A DNA stretch of 64,000 nucleotides, taken from assembly GCF_964194155.1 (NCBI RefSeq), contig NC_135905.1, positions 18,786,001 through 18,850,000 of the forward strand, written 5' to 3'. Below, in pieces: positions 1 to 11,375 of the stretch. The notes under the pieces are model-generated. The model searched no databases and was not told the origin of the DNA. It was given only the letters and a program-made list of their open reading frames with translations. The position numbers and the translations under genes were made by a program. The stretch's first letter is position 1, and every line of letters begins with the position of its first letter. The stretch comes from Cetorhinus maximus (taxonomy: Eukaryota).

Positions 1-865
1 CATTGTGAACTGTGAGGAGGATAATGTAGAACTTCACAAGGACAAGAACTAGTTGGTGGAATGGGAAGACAGGTGGCAGATGAAGTTCAATGCAGAGGAA
101 TGTGAAGAGATTCATTTTGGTAGGAAGAACATGGAGAGACAATATACAATAAAAGACACAAGGGTGGTGGTGGGCGGGGGAGATGGGGGTTGCAGGAGCA
201 GAGGGACCTGGTTGTATATGTGCATAAGTCATTGAAGGTGGCAGGACATGTTGAGAGATGGGCTAATAAAGCATACCATAGCCTAGGCTTTATTAATAGG
301 GGCATGGAACAAGAGGCTATGTTGAATTTGTGTAGGACACTAGTTTGGCCTCAGCTGGAATATTGTGTCCAGTTCTGGATGCCGCACATTATGAAGGATG
401 CGAAGGCATTGGAGAGAGTGCAGAAAAGATTCACAAGAATGGCTCCAAGGGTGAGGAGCTTCTGTTATGAAGATAGATTCGAGAAGTTAGGACTGTTTTC
501 TTTGGAGAAAAGAAAGCTGAGAGGAGATTTGATAGAAGTTTACAAAATCATGAGGAGTCTGGACATAATAGATAGGGCACAGATTTAAAATAATTGGTAA
601 AAGAAGCAAAAGCAACATGAGGAAAAACTTCATCAGGCAGTGAGTGATTAGGGTCTTGAATGCACTGCCTAAGAGTGTGGTGGAGAATGTTCTATTGAAG
701 CATTCAAAAGGGAATTAGACTGTTATCTAAAATGGAAGAATGTGTAGGGTTATGGGCAGAGGGCAGGAGAATGACGCTAAGTGAATCATTTGGAGAGCTG
801 GTGCAGAAACAATGGGCTGAATGGCCTCCTTCTGCACTGTAACATTTTTGAGTTTCTGTGATTTT
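1..865 (+). mobile_element. CR1-clade LINE (elasmobranch HER1-like), 5'-truncated and decayed 3' part, in LRIT1 intron 2
   Basis: ORF fragments 'WQMKFNAEEC' and 'LVWPQLEYCVQFW...LERVQKRFTRM...LGLFSLEKRKLRGDLIEVYKIM' are typical of the CR1 ORF2 C-terminus. The 3' tail is gggctgaatggcctccttctgcactgt. Confidence 0.9.
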
Positions 866-1147
866 AACCATGGCAGGCTAAGGTCAAGTGATTCAAAGTA
901 ACTAAGTTGAGGTGGCCATATGTCAGACAGACACTTGCTATGCTGAAAAGTGTGAACAAAGTGTGTAGCAGGAGAATAGCAAATTTCTGTTATATATGAC
1001 ACTTTCTCCAAAATTGTTAACTTAACAAGAAACTAATCACCAATCATTCAGCTAAAGATCTACATCTCATTAGAATAGAAAGACATTGATGGGTTTGTGT
1101 ACAAATTATTCTACCAAACAATAGAAATGAGCTTTCTTTATGCCTAC

Positions 1148-1620
1148 CTATGATTCGTTTTGGATTGTAGGTTGATGAAGTTGTATTGGCTGCCTTTGGA
1201 ACAGTCAGCCATGTTGAGATCACTTTGGATGACAGCGTAGTCAGCCTGTTATCTGATAAATCCAGGTAGGTGATGTTCCTGAAATAAGTGGCTGCTTGGT
1301 TGGGGAATGATCGAAGGATGTTACCGTGTAAATCCAGGAGCCAGAGTTGTGGCAAATAGGAAAGGGCTTCCCATGGAAAAGTTGAAAGAGCATTGCCATC
1401 CAATCGAAGTTCCCTCAGTGCAATTAGGCCTTGCAAACTCTCCCCGTTGAAGCTGCTGATGGAGTTACAGGACAGCCAAAGGCATTCCAGACTAGAGACA
1501 GAAGAAAAGGCTCGCATGGAAACTTGTCTGATTAATGTTTTCTCAATCACCAGCTTTAAAGTTTCAGCTGGAATGTTGCTTGGAATCAGGGTCATTTCTG
1601 GGTTATTACAAAGCACAGTC
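1148..1620 (-). CDS. LRIT1: LRIT1 coding exon 2 (leucine-rich repeats); gene continues beyond the left edge of the window
   Basis: Acceptor tcactttcag| and donor |gtaggc, 473 bp. Encodes TVLCNNPEMTLIP...LWLSCNSI...LRELRLDGNALSTFPWEAL...LLDLHGN...YLDLSDNRL...PKRIIG, matching LRIT-family exon 2. The head-to-head position with RGR favours LRIT1 over LRIT2/3. Confidence 0.88.
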
Positions 1621-3101
1621 CTGAAAGTGAAGAACATATTTGTTGGTTTAATTATTCTCTACAGGCTGCAAAATAATATAACATGCTGTTAAGATAAGAG
1701 AAGGCAACATGGCCACTTGTCTACTTGTTTGTTGCTCGAGTTTTCTCCCCTCATCTCTTGAAAACAGGGTCTGTAAATGCTACCAATTCTTCTGTATTAT
1801 GTCCTTATAGTTATCCTCAAATTTTGACCTAGGCAGTGCTTGGCAGCAAGTTATGCTACTCTGAAGGGCAGGGATCATGAGAGCAAAGTCAGATCCAAGC
1901 TTCATCTGATCACCATATCAATACTTTTCCATTGCTGAAGTGGAAGGAGAAGGCCCCTGGCTGATTTAACCCTCCCTAACCCAGGATGCCAATTGTAATG
2001 CCCTGACTCCTGCCTTAGCTGAAATCTGGCCTTTGTCTTGCTTGGCCTCCGGCTTCACTACCAACTGAAGAACATTTGGCCCAAAAAGCCTCATTGTCTT
2101 TCAGGTGGCTCCTGTACTGCTCAAAGCAACACATGATACCAGGGGTAGAGAGGCGTCCCTTACACCGAGCATTACTGAGGCACAAATGAAAGGAAACATA
2201 AAGGTAGAATCATTTATTTCCATCATTTAGGAGTAATTATAGTAAACCTGATGTCACTTCAGGTGGAAAATGCCAGAAGCAGCAGAGACAAATGGGGAGC
2301 CAGTGGAGCGACTCCCAAAGAAGTTTTCACCACATTCCATTGGAGTTACTGCATCTTTGCACCCGAGTGAAAAATATAGCTTAATTTTATTTATTTTCTC
2401 TTTGATTTTCTCATTTACCATCAAGCATACTCCTGCATTTGTCAGTAACATGCACCATGGCCATGCAATCTAAATCCAAGTGCCTCAATGAAGGGATAAG
2501 GAGCCTTACTTTTAATCAGATAAGATGGAAAAGTCTCAACTAATCATTACGAGCTAACAGATGAGGCCAACAGCTGGGGATGAGTGGCTTCTGAACTTCC
2601 ATCATGACAGAAGCACTGCATAATAATTTCCTGAATTGAATGTTATTTCAATATTTATCATGTTGTTTTATTTTACTAAAAGCTGTATAGATGAGGTGCA
2701 AAGAAAATTGTATTGAAAAAGCAAAATGCAATGGTAAATATTAAATATTCTGCATTGGATTTAGGAAACTGAAACACAGCAAAGTTGTCTTCAATGCTTT
2801 TTCAGCACTGTAAAATATTTACAAAAATACGCAATGATATTCTACAATTTACAACGGTACAAAATGCATATACATTGATATTACCCCAGATACCAAATCA
2901 TCAAATATAGTCACTTAAAACTGATTAAAAGAACACAACCAAAATGAATCACTGCAAGTAAATAAGTTGAACATTGGAGATGATAAATGGATGCGTGGAA
3001 CTTCAGAAAAGAGAACTTCCACTGTATAAATATCCAGTCTGAGTTTTCAAAGGATGATATGTTCCTCCTAAACTAAGACCAAACTTGAAATGCTGAGATA
3101 C

Positions 3102-3223
3102 CTTGCCTTGAGTTCATCACTGTGACTCTGGAAGGTGCAGGTGCATTGGAAAGGACACAAGCAGAATGTTAGAGCCAGACATCCAAAACACATAAAGCAA
3201 AGCAACCAGGTGTTGGGTGACAT
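3102..3223 (-). CDS. LRIT1: LRIT1 coding exon 1 (signal peptide plus LRRNT start)
   Basis: ATG at 3223 gives MSPNTWLLCFMCFGCLALTFCLCPFQCTCTFQSHSDELKA(R), with donor AG|gtatc. The exon is 122 bp, phase 2, and joins exon 2 in frame (KAR-TVLCN, as recalled for LRIT1 'SKARTVVCND'). Not in the ORF track. Confidence 0.88.
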
Positions 3224-3363
3224 TTTCTCTGCTCCTCACAGTACTCGAGATCGGAAGGTCTGTTCTGCTTAACTCGACTTCAGCAGCATCTCTCGTCTTT
3301 GTGGCTCACAATCCCAAAGTCCTCAGCTGCTACAGTGAATCCAGAGATAAAAAGGATAGAAAA

Positions 3364-3369
3364 GGATTA
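3364..3369 (-). promoter_or_regulatory. Candidate CRX/OTX2 (K50 homeodomain) site TAATCC upstream of LRIT1; a second copy lies at 3583-3588
   Basis: GGATTA on the + strand, about 140 and 360 bp upstream of the LRIT1 ATG. The motif is short, so function is inferred from retinal gene context. Confidence 0.45.
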
Positions 3370-6300
3370 AGGAGGGCTTTTTAGTTATTTTCACTTAGGT
3401 GCTTATTGCATTCTGCAATCGTGAGAATGACATGTAGTCTGGGCACAATAGGGAAATATACTGAGAGAACTAACATGCAAGGGTGTAAATTGTCCCAGCT
3501 TCTCTTCAAATGCATAAATATTTATATGTGTAGATGAGATTAAATGCAGGGTAACATTTTATGGTGCTTATGTAGGAGAGTGGGATTAGGTGGTCCAGTT
3601 GGAACAGAACGCTAACGTAGAGTTGATGAGCCAATGGTCTGTTTCTGTGTTATACCATTTTATGACTCTGAAACAAAAGCAATACATTAAATAGTTAAAT
3701 GTCAAATATTTAATTTTGAGCACTGCTCATTACCTGTTAAAAGGCAAAGGCAGTTAAACTTCCATGAAACCAAAGGTAAATGCTGTGTGCAGTATGGTTT
3801 ACATTTAGTCATATTCAAGTCTGTTATTACCCTTCACTACAGCAACATACAAGTCCAATCCAACAGTGACACAATGCTCAAGCTGTGCTTGAGTAATATA
3901 CTTGAGGTGAAACCTAATGGAGGAAAAGACCTCTGGGGGTACGTGTAAATGGGGGACCATTTAAAAGGCAAATTCACCTCAAAGTAAGTGCATTTTAAAA
4001 GGCCTTTTAAAAGTCCTTCTTGCAGTGCCATTTTGTTCCTATCTGGCAATTAGGCTTTCATGAGCCTTAGTTTAGTCCTTTATTTTGCCACAGGCCTCAA
4101 AGGCAACAAGGGCTGGGCAATATATGCTGGCCAGAGACAACATCATCCTAAAAATGAATAAGAGAGATAAAAATGCCCTTAACTGGCAAGAATGTTTTCC
4201 ACCAGGAAGCCTTCAAGGTGACTTGTTCGAAGGAAAAATGGGCAAGTAGCAAGAGGCCAAGAAGGTCAGTCTTTCTGATGGGTGCTCTGTGCTCTCCTGT
4301 CCCCACCTACACCTCAACAATTGCAAAGAAGTAGAAAACCTCACCAGGCAGACATTTGTAAGAGGTTCCTCTTTCCAGTGATGTCTGCACCAGCGGAAAT
4401 CACAGTGGCAGCACAATGAGGTGCTAGAAGGTTCTTCAGCAGCCCTCCACAGCATAGTATTGCATGAAAGAAGGCATGCCACATGATTAGGAACCAGTGT
4501 TGCATATTTTCCCACACCTATCAAAGTGCTACAAAGCATCTCTGTGGGCCCTGCCAAACTCTAACTATGGTAACCTGCTGTCTCAGCATCTATTTGTTTA
4601 CATCCCTAGATCTTTCTAATCCTTCACATATGGTAGCATCTTCCCAATGAGTGTATACTTTATTTCCTTAGTCTTCCTTCAGTGATATGCATCACTTCTT
4701 TACATTAAGTTTTACCTTCCACATCAGGTCATTCTACAAACCTACGCTTGTCCTCTTGAAATCCTTTACTGAGCTCATCGCTTTTTAACAAACTGTAGAC
4801 TTTTGTGTCAAGCAACAAATGTTAATAGCGTGTTCCTAATGCCCAAGTACAAATCACTATCTGTTTTAAACAGCTTAGTTTTGTCTCCTATGAACCACAT
4901 TTTACTTTTTGCTTTGGTTAACTTCCAAAGTAACTACTTTCACCAGCTTACCACATCTACTAAATACAGTAAAACTCCATATTGTTCACTAAAATTTCTT
5001 TGCTCCTTCAATTAGCTCCAAAACAAGTCTTGTTCCAATCTAGTTTGTCCTCTCTGACTTTATGTCATGTGCCTATTGATTTTACTCTGGATCTCATCCT
5101 TTGCAGAATGATTAGTGAATTTTTTTGTTCAGCAACAGCCTGCAGTTTCCATTACTTAATTGTGAGTGTACCTGGTATAAAGTGTGTTAAAGGAATGCAT
5201 CAGTTTTATAAGTATGGCACAGACTCTAGTCACAAATGACATCTCAAGTTATGATTTCCTTAATCTAACACATTGCGTAGCCATATCTGAAAATCCAAAC
5301 CAAATGATGAGTTCACATCCTTCACCATCTGCTATTTTGCAATTTATAGAAAGCATACTTATTTTAATAAAATCTGACCTCACTGAGATATAGTGTAGAT
5401 GGATTATCTCATTCACATGCTACGAATATATGAATATTCCCAGAATGATCATTCTGATTATTTGTTTAATGCAAATAATTTTTATGTGAGCTCACAGCAT
5501 TGACACTTTAATAATCAAACCATTGTTTGGGCTGATGGTAGCTTAGTTAAGCTTTCAAAATTAAGTTAGCTGTCAATTTTTTTCTAGCATTTTTTTCATC
5601 ATTCACCATTTCTCTTGAAGCCACTGACTCCTCCTGGCTGGTTGCCCTCCAAAGATAACTGGATAAATGGCTATTCTTCATATATGAGTCCAGACAGTAA
5701 ATATTGACAATGGGGAGTATCTCAACACAGACTGATCCAGTCCTCACATGAAGTCCGCACACCCATTGTTGCAGAAGGGGTAAAAGCATTAACTCTGGCT
5801 ATTTATCCATATTCTAAACCAAGGGTGTTGCAGCCAGTTCTAGTGCCATTACTGCAACCCCAACTGAGAACAATTAATTCATCACAAACCATACACAGGA
5901 AACTCCCAATAACATTGGATAAGTCACAAACATTAGGTCAGATTATTTAAATGTATAAATGCATATCCTTTCTTACCTAAACACACTAATAAGGAAATTC
6001 TAACTTGAAATGAAATTTGTGACTGGAGTCTGTACTATATTTCCTTCATTATCCAATTTCTTCATCCTCTTTTGTCAAAAGTGCCTGGATTGCTCTACAT
6101 TTCCTCTGATAATAGAGTTAAGTGTGATTGCATAGTGAGTTGTAATGTCCTATTACACATGGAAGAATAGATTGGCAAACTGTGTTGTATGTATTTAACA
6201 GTATCACCTCAAGGAACCAACACTTCCAATGGTGATGTGAAACTTTCAAATCATGCCCCTTAAATTGTAGCACCTGTAATTTTAGCTCTGACCTTTTCTT

Positions 6301-6650
6301 GCTTTACATTTATTTTTGATGGAGGTATCCTCCTGAGGCTGAGGTGTGAGCCCTGGCTCTGTGGCTGCTTCTAAGGCAGAAGGATGTGGTTTCAAGTCCT
6401 ACTCCAGAGACTTGAACACTTAATCTGGCACTTCCTGACAGTATGGAGGGAATATTGCATTGTGCCTGAGTGGGACTTCATCTGACAACCTTCTGGCTCA
6501 GTGGCAGCAGTGTTAGCAACTGAGTCACGGCTGACATTCCAGAAGAAGTTGGGTGAAGGTCTCTTCCTCACTGCAGTCGCTCAAGGGCAGTGTGCAATGG
6601 TACTGAAACTTTATCCACAAACATAACAGTGTGGCCTTAGCTTCGAGCAA

Positions 6651-6727
6651 TACTACAATTAGCATGGCCTTGGCTCTGAGTTATATTACAATTAGCATGG
6701 CCTTGGCTCTGAGTTATACTACAATTA
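6651..6727. repeat. 33-bp tandem duplication (2.3 copies)
   Basis: tactacaattagcatggccttggctctgagtta / tattacaattagcatggccttggctctgagtta / tactacaatta. Confidence 0.9.
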
Positions 6728-7340
6728 ATGTGTAGCAGTGATAATCTGGGGCCTCCTCATCCATGGGGTGTCACACCTCCAACAAAATGCTAAATTAGTG
6801 CAAAACCTGACAGAGGGGTCATACAGTAAAACAGTAGCATTATTGAAGGTGTTGTGTGACCTTACATTTTGGGAAAATCATTCAGTAAGTGGAAGCAGGA
6901 AGCCCAATCAACTTCTTCAGAACTGTCAACATTGATAATATAACAGGAGCGAAACCAATTGTATCTAACAGAATATCTTAATCAAGTGAAGCAATATTAA
7001 TCATTTAAGCGTATCCTTTAGATAGACTTGCTTATAGATATTTGTCATTATGGGGCAAGACTATTTGCAAATTTGAGTTGTTACCAAAGAACGCCAGTGT
7101 ATAAAAGCAATACTGTGTCTGAATGGGAATATAGGCAGCTAACTGCAAACCTCACCAAAACAACTTTAATTTATGCTTCTTCACAAAGAGCTTGTTGTAC
7201 TTTAATGAATGTGTTTAAAATTATGCAGATACGACTTAGTGGGCTTGTATACTCTGCAGTCATGGGACACTCTTCAAGACTGCTAACCCTCCCCTCTCTC
7301 CCAGAGTTACATAAACAACTGGCACCCATCCGTGCTTGAA

Positions 7341-7346
7341 TAATCC
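7341..7346 (+). promoter_or_regulatory. Candidate OTX2/CRX site TAATCC in the RGR proximal promoter
   Basis: TAATCC about 80 bp upstream of the RGR ATG. Confidence 0.45.
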
Positions 7347-7421
7347 TTTAAGAAGCGACTGTATTCTTGGTAAGCAGTGTTAAAGAGAACAATCAGCCTC
7401 TTGCCGCAGCAGAGTGTAAAG

Positions 7422-7500
7422 ATGACAACTACCAAACCATTAATTGAGGGATTCAGTGACCTGGAAATGTTTGCATTGGGGTCCGTTCTATTACTGGAAG
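7422..7500 (+). CDS. RGR: RGR (retinal G protein-coupled receptor, photoisomerase opsin) exon 1
   Basis: MTTTKPLIEGFSDLEMFALGSVLLLE, donor G|gtaagt, 79 bp. Confidence 0.93.
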
Positions 7501-8258
7501 GTAAGTTGTGTAGGTTCATTTCTGATTGTTTAGTTTCACAGAAGCCAGTATAAGTGATGTACGCTCGATCGATTGCTTTTGCTTTCGGTTCCCGCTATTA
7601 TATATGAATATTCCATTCAGTCACAATGACAGTGCAAGGCGCCAGAGCATTAATGTCTGTAAGCATATTTATATGCATGTGAGCGTATAAACAAGTGGGA
7701 ATACTTTAGGGTTATATAATCAATGTAATGTGTGTGTGATTGTGTGTTTAGCGAGAGAAAGGGTGTTTATCTTCCACAACTTTTGTATCAGCACGAAGTT
7801 AAGTGCGGCCAAGACAATCTCAAGTCTCCAATGGGATTTTCGAAAGTGTATGTTTGGGTCTACTTCACGCGTATATTTTAGCTGCAAACAACCTGCATTT
7901 GCTGAATGATATAAGGTTTGGATCAGTTCTTCAGATTTCAGTTAGGTTTAAACTCTTTCGAGTTATCAACAGTCACAGATTGCAACTCTCTCGAGTACAA
8001 TCACAGTTCTTGGTTTCCGGGAGTGGGACATGAACCCACAACCCTCTGATTCAAAGGCGAGGGTGCTATGAACTGAGCCACAGCTGACACCTCCCACAGT
8101 TAGGTTTAAAGATGCACATGTCCTGTAGTAGTCTGAATTAGATCCTGCTTCGCAAGAAAAAAAGTGACTATATCTGTGTGATCCAGTCTGAATGAATAAC
8201 AGGATCTTGTGTTTTGCTATTTGAATCCATTCTCAGATTTCTCTGATCTGCTCCACAG

Positions 8259-8415
8259 CTCTCCTTGGACTACTCCTGAATGCGATAACAATTTTGTCCT
8301 TTTACAAGATAAAAGAACTCCGGAATCCAAGTAATCTTCTAATAGCCAGCTTGGCTGTATCCGACTCTGGCATTTCATTGAATGCATTTGTAGCTGCTTT
8401 CTCAACCTTTCTAAG
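8259..8415 (+). CDS. RGR: RGR exon 2
   Basis: ctccacag| (A)LLGLLLNAITILSFYKIKELRNPSNLLIASLAVSDSGISLNAFVAAFSTFL(R) |gtagat, 157 bp. Confidence 0.95.
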
Positions 8416-8454
8416 GTAGATGTGGTAATCAATCTTTCAATTTGGTTTCAAGAA

Positions 8455-8750
8455 TTACATAGAGTGTATAGCACAGAAAAAGGCCATTGGGCTCAACTGG
8501 TCTATACCAGTGTTATTCCACACTGGCCTCTTCCCACCCTACTTCATCTCAACCAATCCACATAACTTTCTATTCCTTTCTTCGCCTCGTGTTTATCTAA
8601 CTTTCCCTTAAATACATCCACATTACTGGCTACTGGTAGCAAGTTCCACATTCTAACCACTTCCCGGACAAGTACATTTCTTCTGAATTTGCAATGGGAT
8701 TTATTAGTGACTATCATATATTTAGGGTATCTAATTTTGATCTTCTCTAG
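8455..8750 (-). mobile_element. CR1 LINE 3'-end fragment in RGR intron 2
   Basis: Reverse strand 'RRNVLVREVVRMWNLLP...FKGKLDKH' plus a CR1-type tail. Confidence 0.75.
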
Positions 8751-8785
8751 ACATTCATACTTATCTTGCCCTGCTTCCCTCATAG

Positions 8786-8907
8786 ACACTGGCCTTATGG
8801 ATCTGAAGGTTGCCAGACTCATGGTTTCCATGGATTTCTAGTATCCCTGGCCAGCATTAATGCATGTGCAGCCATTGCCTGGGACAGATACCACCTAAGC
8901 TGCAGCA
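8786..8907 (+). CDS. RGR: RGR exon 3
   Basis: ccctcatag| HWPYGSEGCQTHGFHGFLVSLASINACAAIAWDRYHLSCS |gtaagt, 122 bp. Confidence 0.95.
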
Positions 8908-10105
8908 GTAAGTAACTTCAAGCTAATTATTCAACACAATTGGCACAGATTAAATTGCCGACAGACAAAAGCATGGGGGTATGTTTGATTTTAAATTATT
9001 TTCAGTTTGCATTTTCCCAAATAAATTTGTGGGGGGAAAGCTCTGGAAATTTTGAAACTTAAAAAAAAATAGGCATTACATTTGACTAAAAAATTTAGAT
9101 TAAGGAAAGCAAGGGAAACCTCAAACTGTAAAGAAAACATTTGCAGGTGACGACTTGCCTAACCATCTCACGTGAAATCTCAGGAAAACAAGCAAGTTAA
9201 TTTATCTGAATGTCAGGAAAATGTGAACAAGCTGGAAAATGTGAAGCAGAACCAAGAATGCCTAATCCACTTGAAGCCTGTTGATGTTGTGGCCAGCTTC
9301 CCTTTAAAGCAGCCGTCACCGAGAGCCTCATTAGAATTCAGTCTTTGTGAGCGAATTAAGGAGTAGAGGAAGACTGTCAATAGTACATTATGAAGCTGAT
9401 CTTTGTTTGAATAATCTGTTTATTTTAGCCAAGAAGATATAAGTTCCACTTATTTCAGTTTCTCCCTTAGCAAAACATTACAAGCAATGAGATTTCTAAC
9501 AGTCTGAATGCTGTTCAATTATGTAAGGAGCTGCAGAAAATAATCCCCTTCTTGAACTCCGCTGAGCACTAAAGCTGATTTCATTTTTACATTGCTACTA
9601 TTCTCCTCCTTTAACCCGAGGGTGATGATTCATCGCTGGGCTCTTAACTCCACAGCTACCAATGTTCACATTCCCCAGTGAACCGTGGTGGTAAAGCCAT
9701 TGCAAGCTGCTTAATTACAGGGAAGGCATCATGGTCAACCCTGAAACTGTCCACTTATGGACTTATGCTAGAAAAAGAAGAATCCTAGCTAACCTCCCTG
9801 TACCTAACCCATCAGGGGTCAAACCTGGGGCCATTTTGGTGTGTTACTCAGGGTGATTAAAGTCACTGAGCCATTGGGCTCTGATATTTTATCTTGATGT
9901 ATCTGAATTATGACAATAGTTGGCCTGTGGCTTGAAAATTGAGCAAACTATGATATTAAAGTTTACATGCTTTTGTAAATTAACTACAAAAATTCTAATT
10001 GATAATCTCAATGGTGTGAGTTGGTTTAATTTAAATGTTCACACATTGGAGACAAAGAACCATTGATCTATGAATTGATGTCCATGTGTTAAACCTATAT
10101 TGTAG

Positions 10106-10259
10106 GATCAAGACTACAATGGAGGAGTACAATAACTGTTCTATCAATTGTCTGGGGATTTGCTGGATTCTGGGCTGCTATGCCATTGTTGGGATGGGGT
10201 GAATATAACTACGAACCATTGAGAACTTGCTGCACTTTGGACTACTCTAAAGGTGACAG
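10106..10259 (+). CDS. RGR: RGR exon 4
   Basis: ttgtag| SRLQWRSTITVLSIVWGFAGFWAAMPLLGWGEYNYEPLRTCCTLDYSKGD(R) |gtgtgt, 154 bp. Confidence 0.95.
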
Positions 10260-10271
10260 GTGTGTATATGA

Positions 10272-10490
10272 TTTTAAAAAATATGTAATTCATCCTCAGG
10301 ATCTGGGTCTCGCTGGCAAGGCCAGCGTTTATTGGCAATCCCTAACTGCCCTGAGAAAGTTGTGGTGGGCTGCCTTCTTTGTAATGATTTGCTAGAACTG
10401 AGTGGTTTGCTAGGCCACTTCAGAGAGCAGGTAAGAGTCAGCCATATGGCATTTAGGCCACATTTAGGCCAGATCAGGTAAGGAGACCAG
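10272..10490 (-). mobile_element. tRNA-derived SINE, 3' half (same family as 60797-61216); the 5' half appears to resume at about 14331-14650
   Basis: Tail 'gctggcaaggccagcgtttattggcaatccctaactgccc' and body 'tgagtggtttgctaggccacttcagagagcag...aggccagatcaggtaagg' align to the copy at 60.8-61.0 kb. Confidence 0.7.
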
Positions 10491-11154
10491 GGGCTTAGAT
10501 TTTTAGGCCCTGATGTGGGGGGAAGCATGGAAATGGGAAGGTACAGATTTTCATGCTGCCGGCCGGCACCAATCCTGCCCAAGGGCCATTTTTCTAGATA
10601 CAGAATGAGGAGTGGCAGGGCTATCCACCCATAAGACAATTACGGCTATTTAAAGCAGGAGTGTAGCGCCAAATTTTGAGGTGCAGAAGCTCTAAGAAAA
10701 TGTGTTGGCCATATCATTTCTAAATCTACTATTACACTGTTTTCTTATATATTAATCATTTGAGTCCCCAAACATAAGAAAACCTATGCTTTTAAGTGAA
10801 AAATATGAGTGCCGATAGGCATTTTATTTCAGACCATGTGGTATTTTGAATCATTAGTCTTTAGCATACTAGAATTTCATTATGAAACAATTTAATTATT
10901 TAAGTCAAGCCTATTAAAAACATGAATTACAGAAAACTTTACTTACTTCTGACTGGGGGATAGTATACAGAGGGGCCACTGCTTTTCTTGATTTACATTA
11001 ATAACCTAGACCTGGGTCTACAGGCCACAATTTCAAAATTTGAAGATGATGCAAGATTTAGAAATATTGTGAACTGTGAGGAGAATAGTGATAAACTGCA
11101 AGAGGATATAGACAGGCTGGTGGAATGGCAACACATGGCAGATGAAAATTAATG

Positions 11155-11375
11155 TGGGGGTATGAGGGAGGGAATAGGGGAGGGGAGAGAAGGTGGAGAA
11201 TGGGGCATGGAAGGGGGAAAATAAAGAATGCAGGGCAGGAGAGAAATGAGGCAGGGGGAGGAATAGGGTAGGGGAAGGATTTGGAGGGAGGTGAAGAAGT
11301 TGGGGGGAGGAGAGTGGAGGAAGGGTGGGAGTGGAGGGGGGCATAAATAGTCTGGGGTGAGGGAGGAAGGGGGTA
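11155..11375 (+). repeat. Purine/G-rich low-complexity tract following a CR1 fragment (11030-11155)
   Basis: Many GGG/GGGG runs with almost no C (e.g. gggagggaataggggaggggagagaagg). Confidence 0.75.

Noticed and set aside
1044-1637. 197-aa ORF as a standalone single-exon LRR gene
   Set aside because: It is LRIT1 exon 2 with intronic read-through at both ends; splice sites at 1620 and 1148 and a separate signal-peptide exon explain it.
6590-6640. Possible LF-SINE-like ancient element (ctgttatgtttgtggataaa on the minus strand)
   Set aside because: Only about 25 nt of remembered similarity; too short to support without a Dfam search.
6651-6727. CRISPR-like repeat
   Set aside because: Head-to-tail duplication without spacers, in a vertebrate genome with no cas genes.
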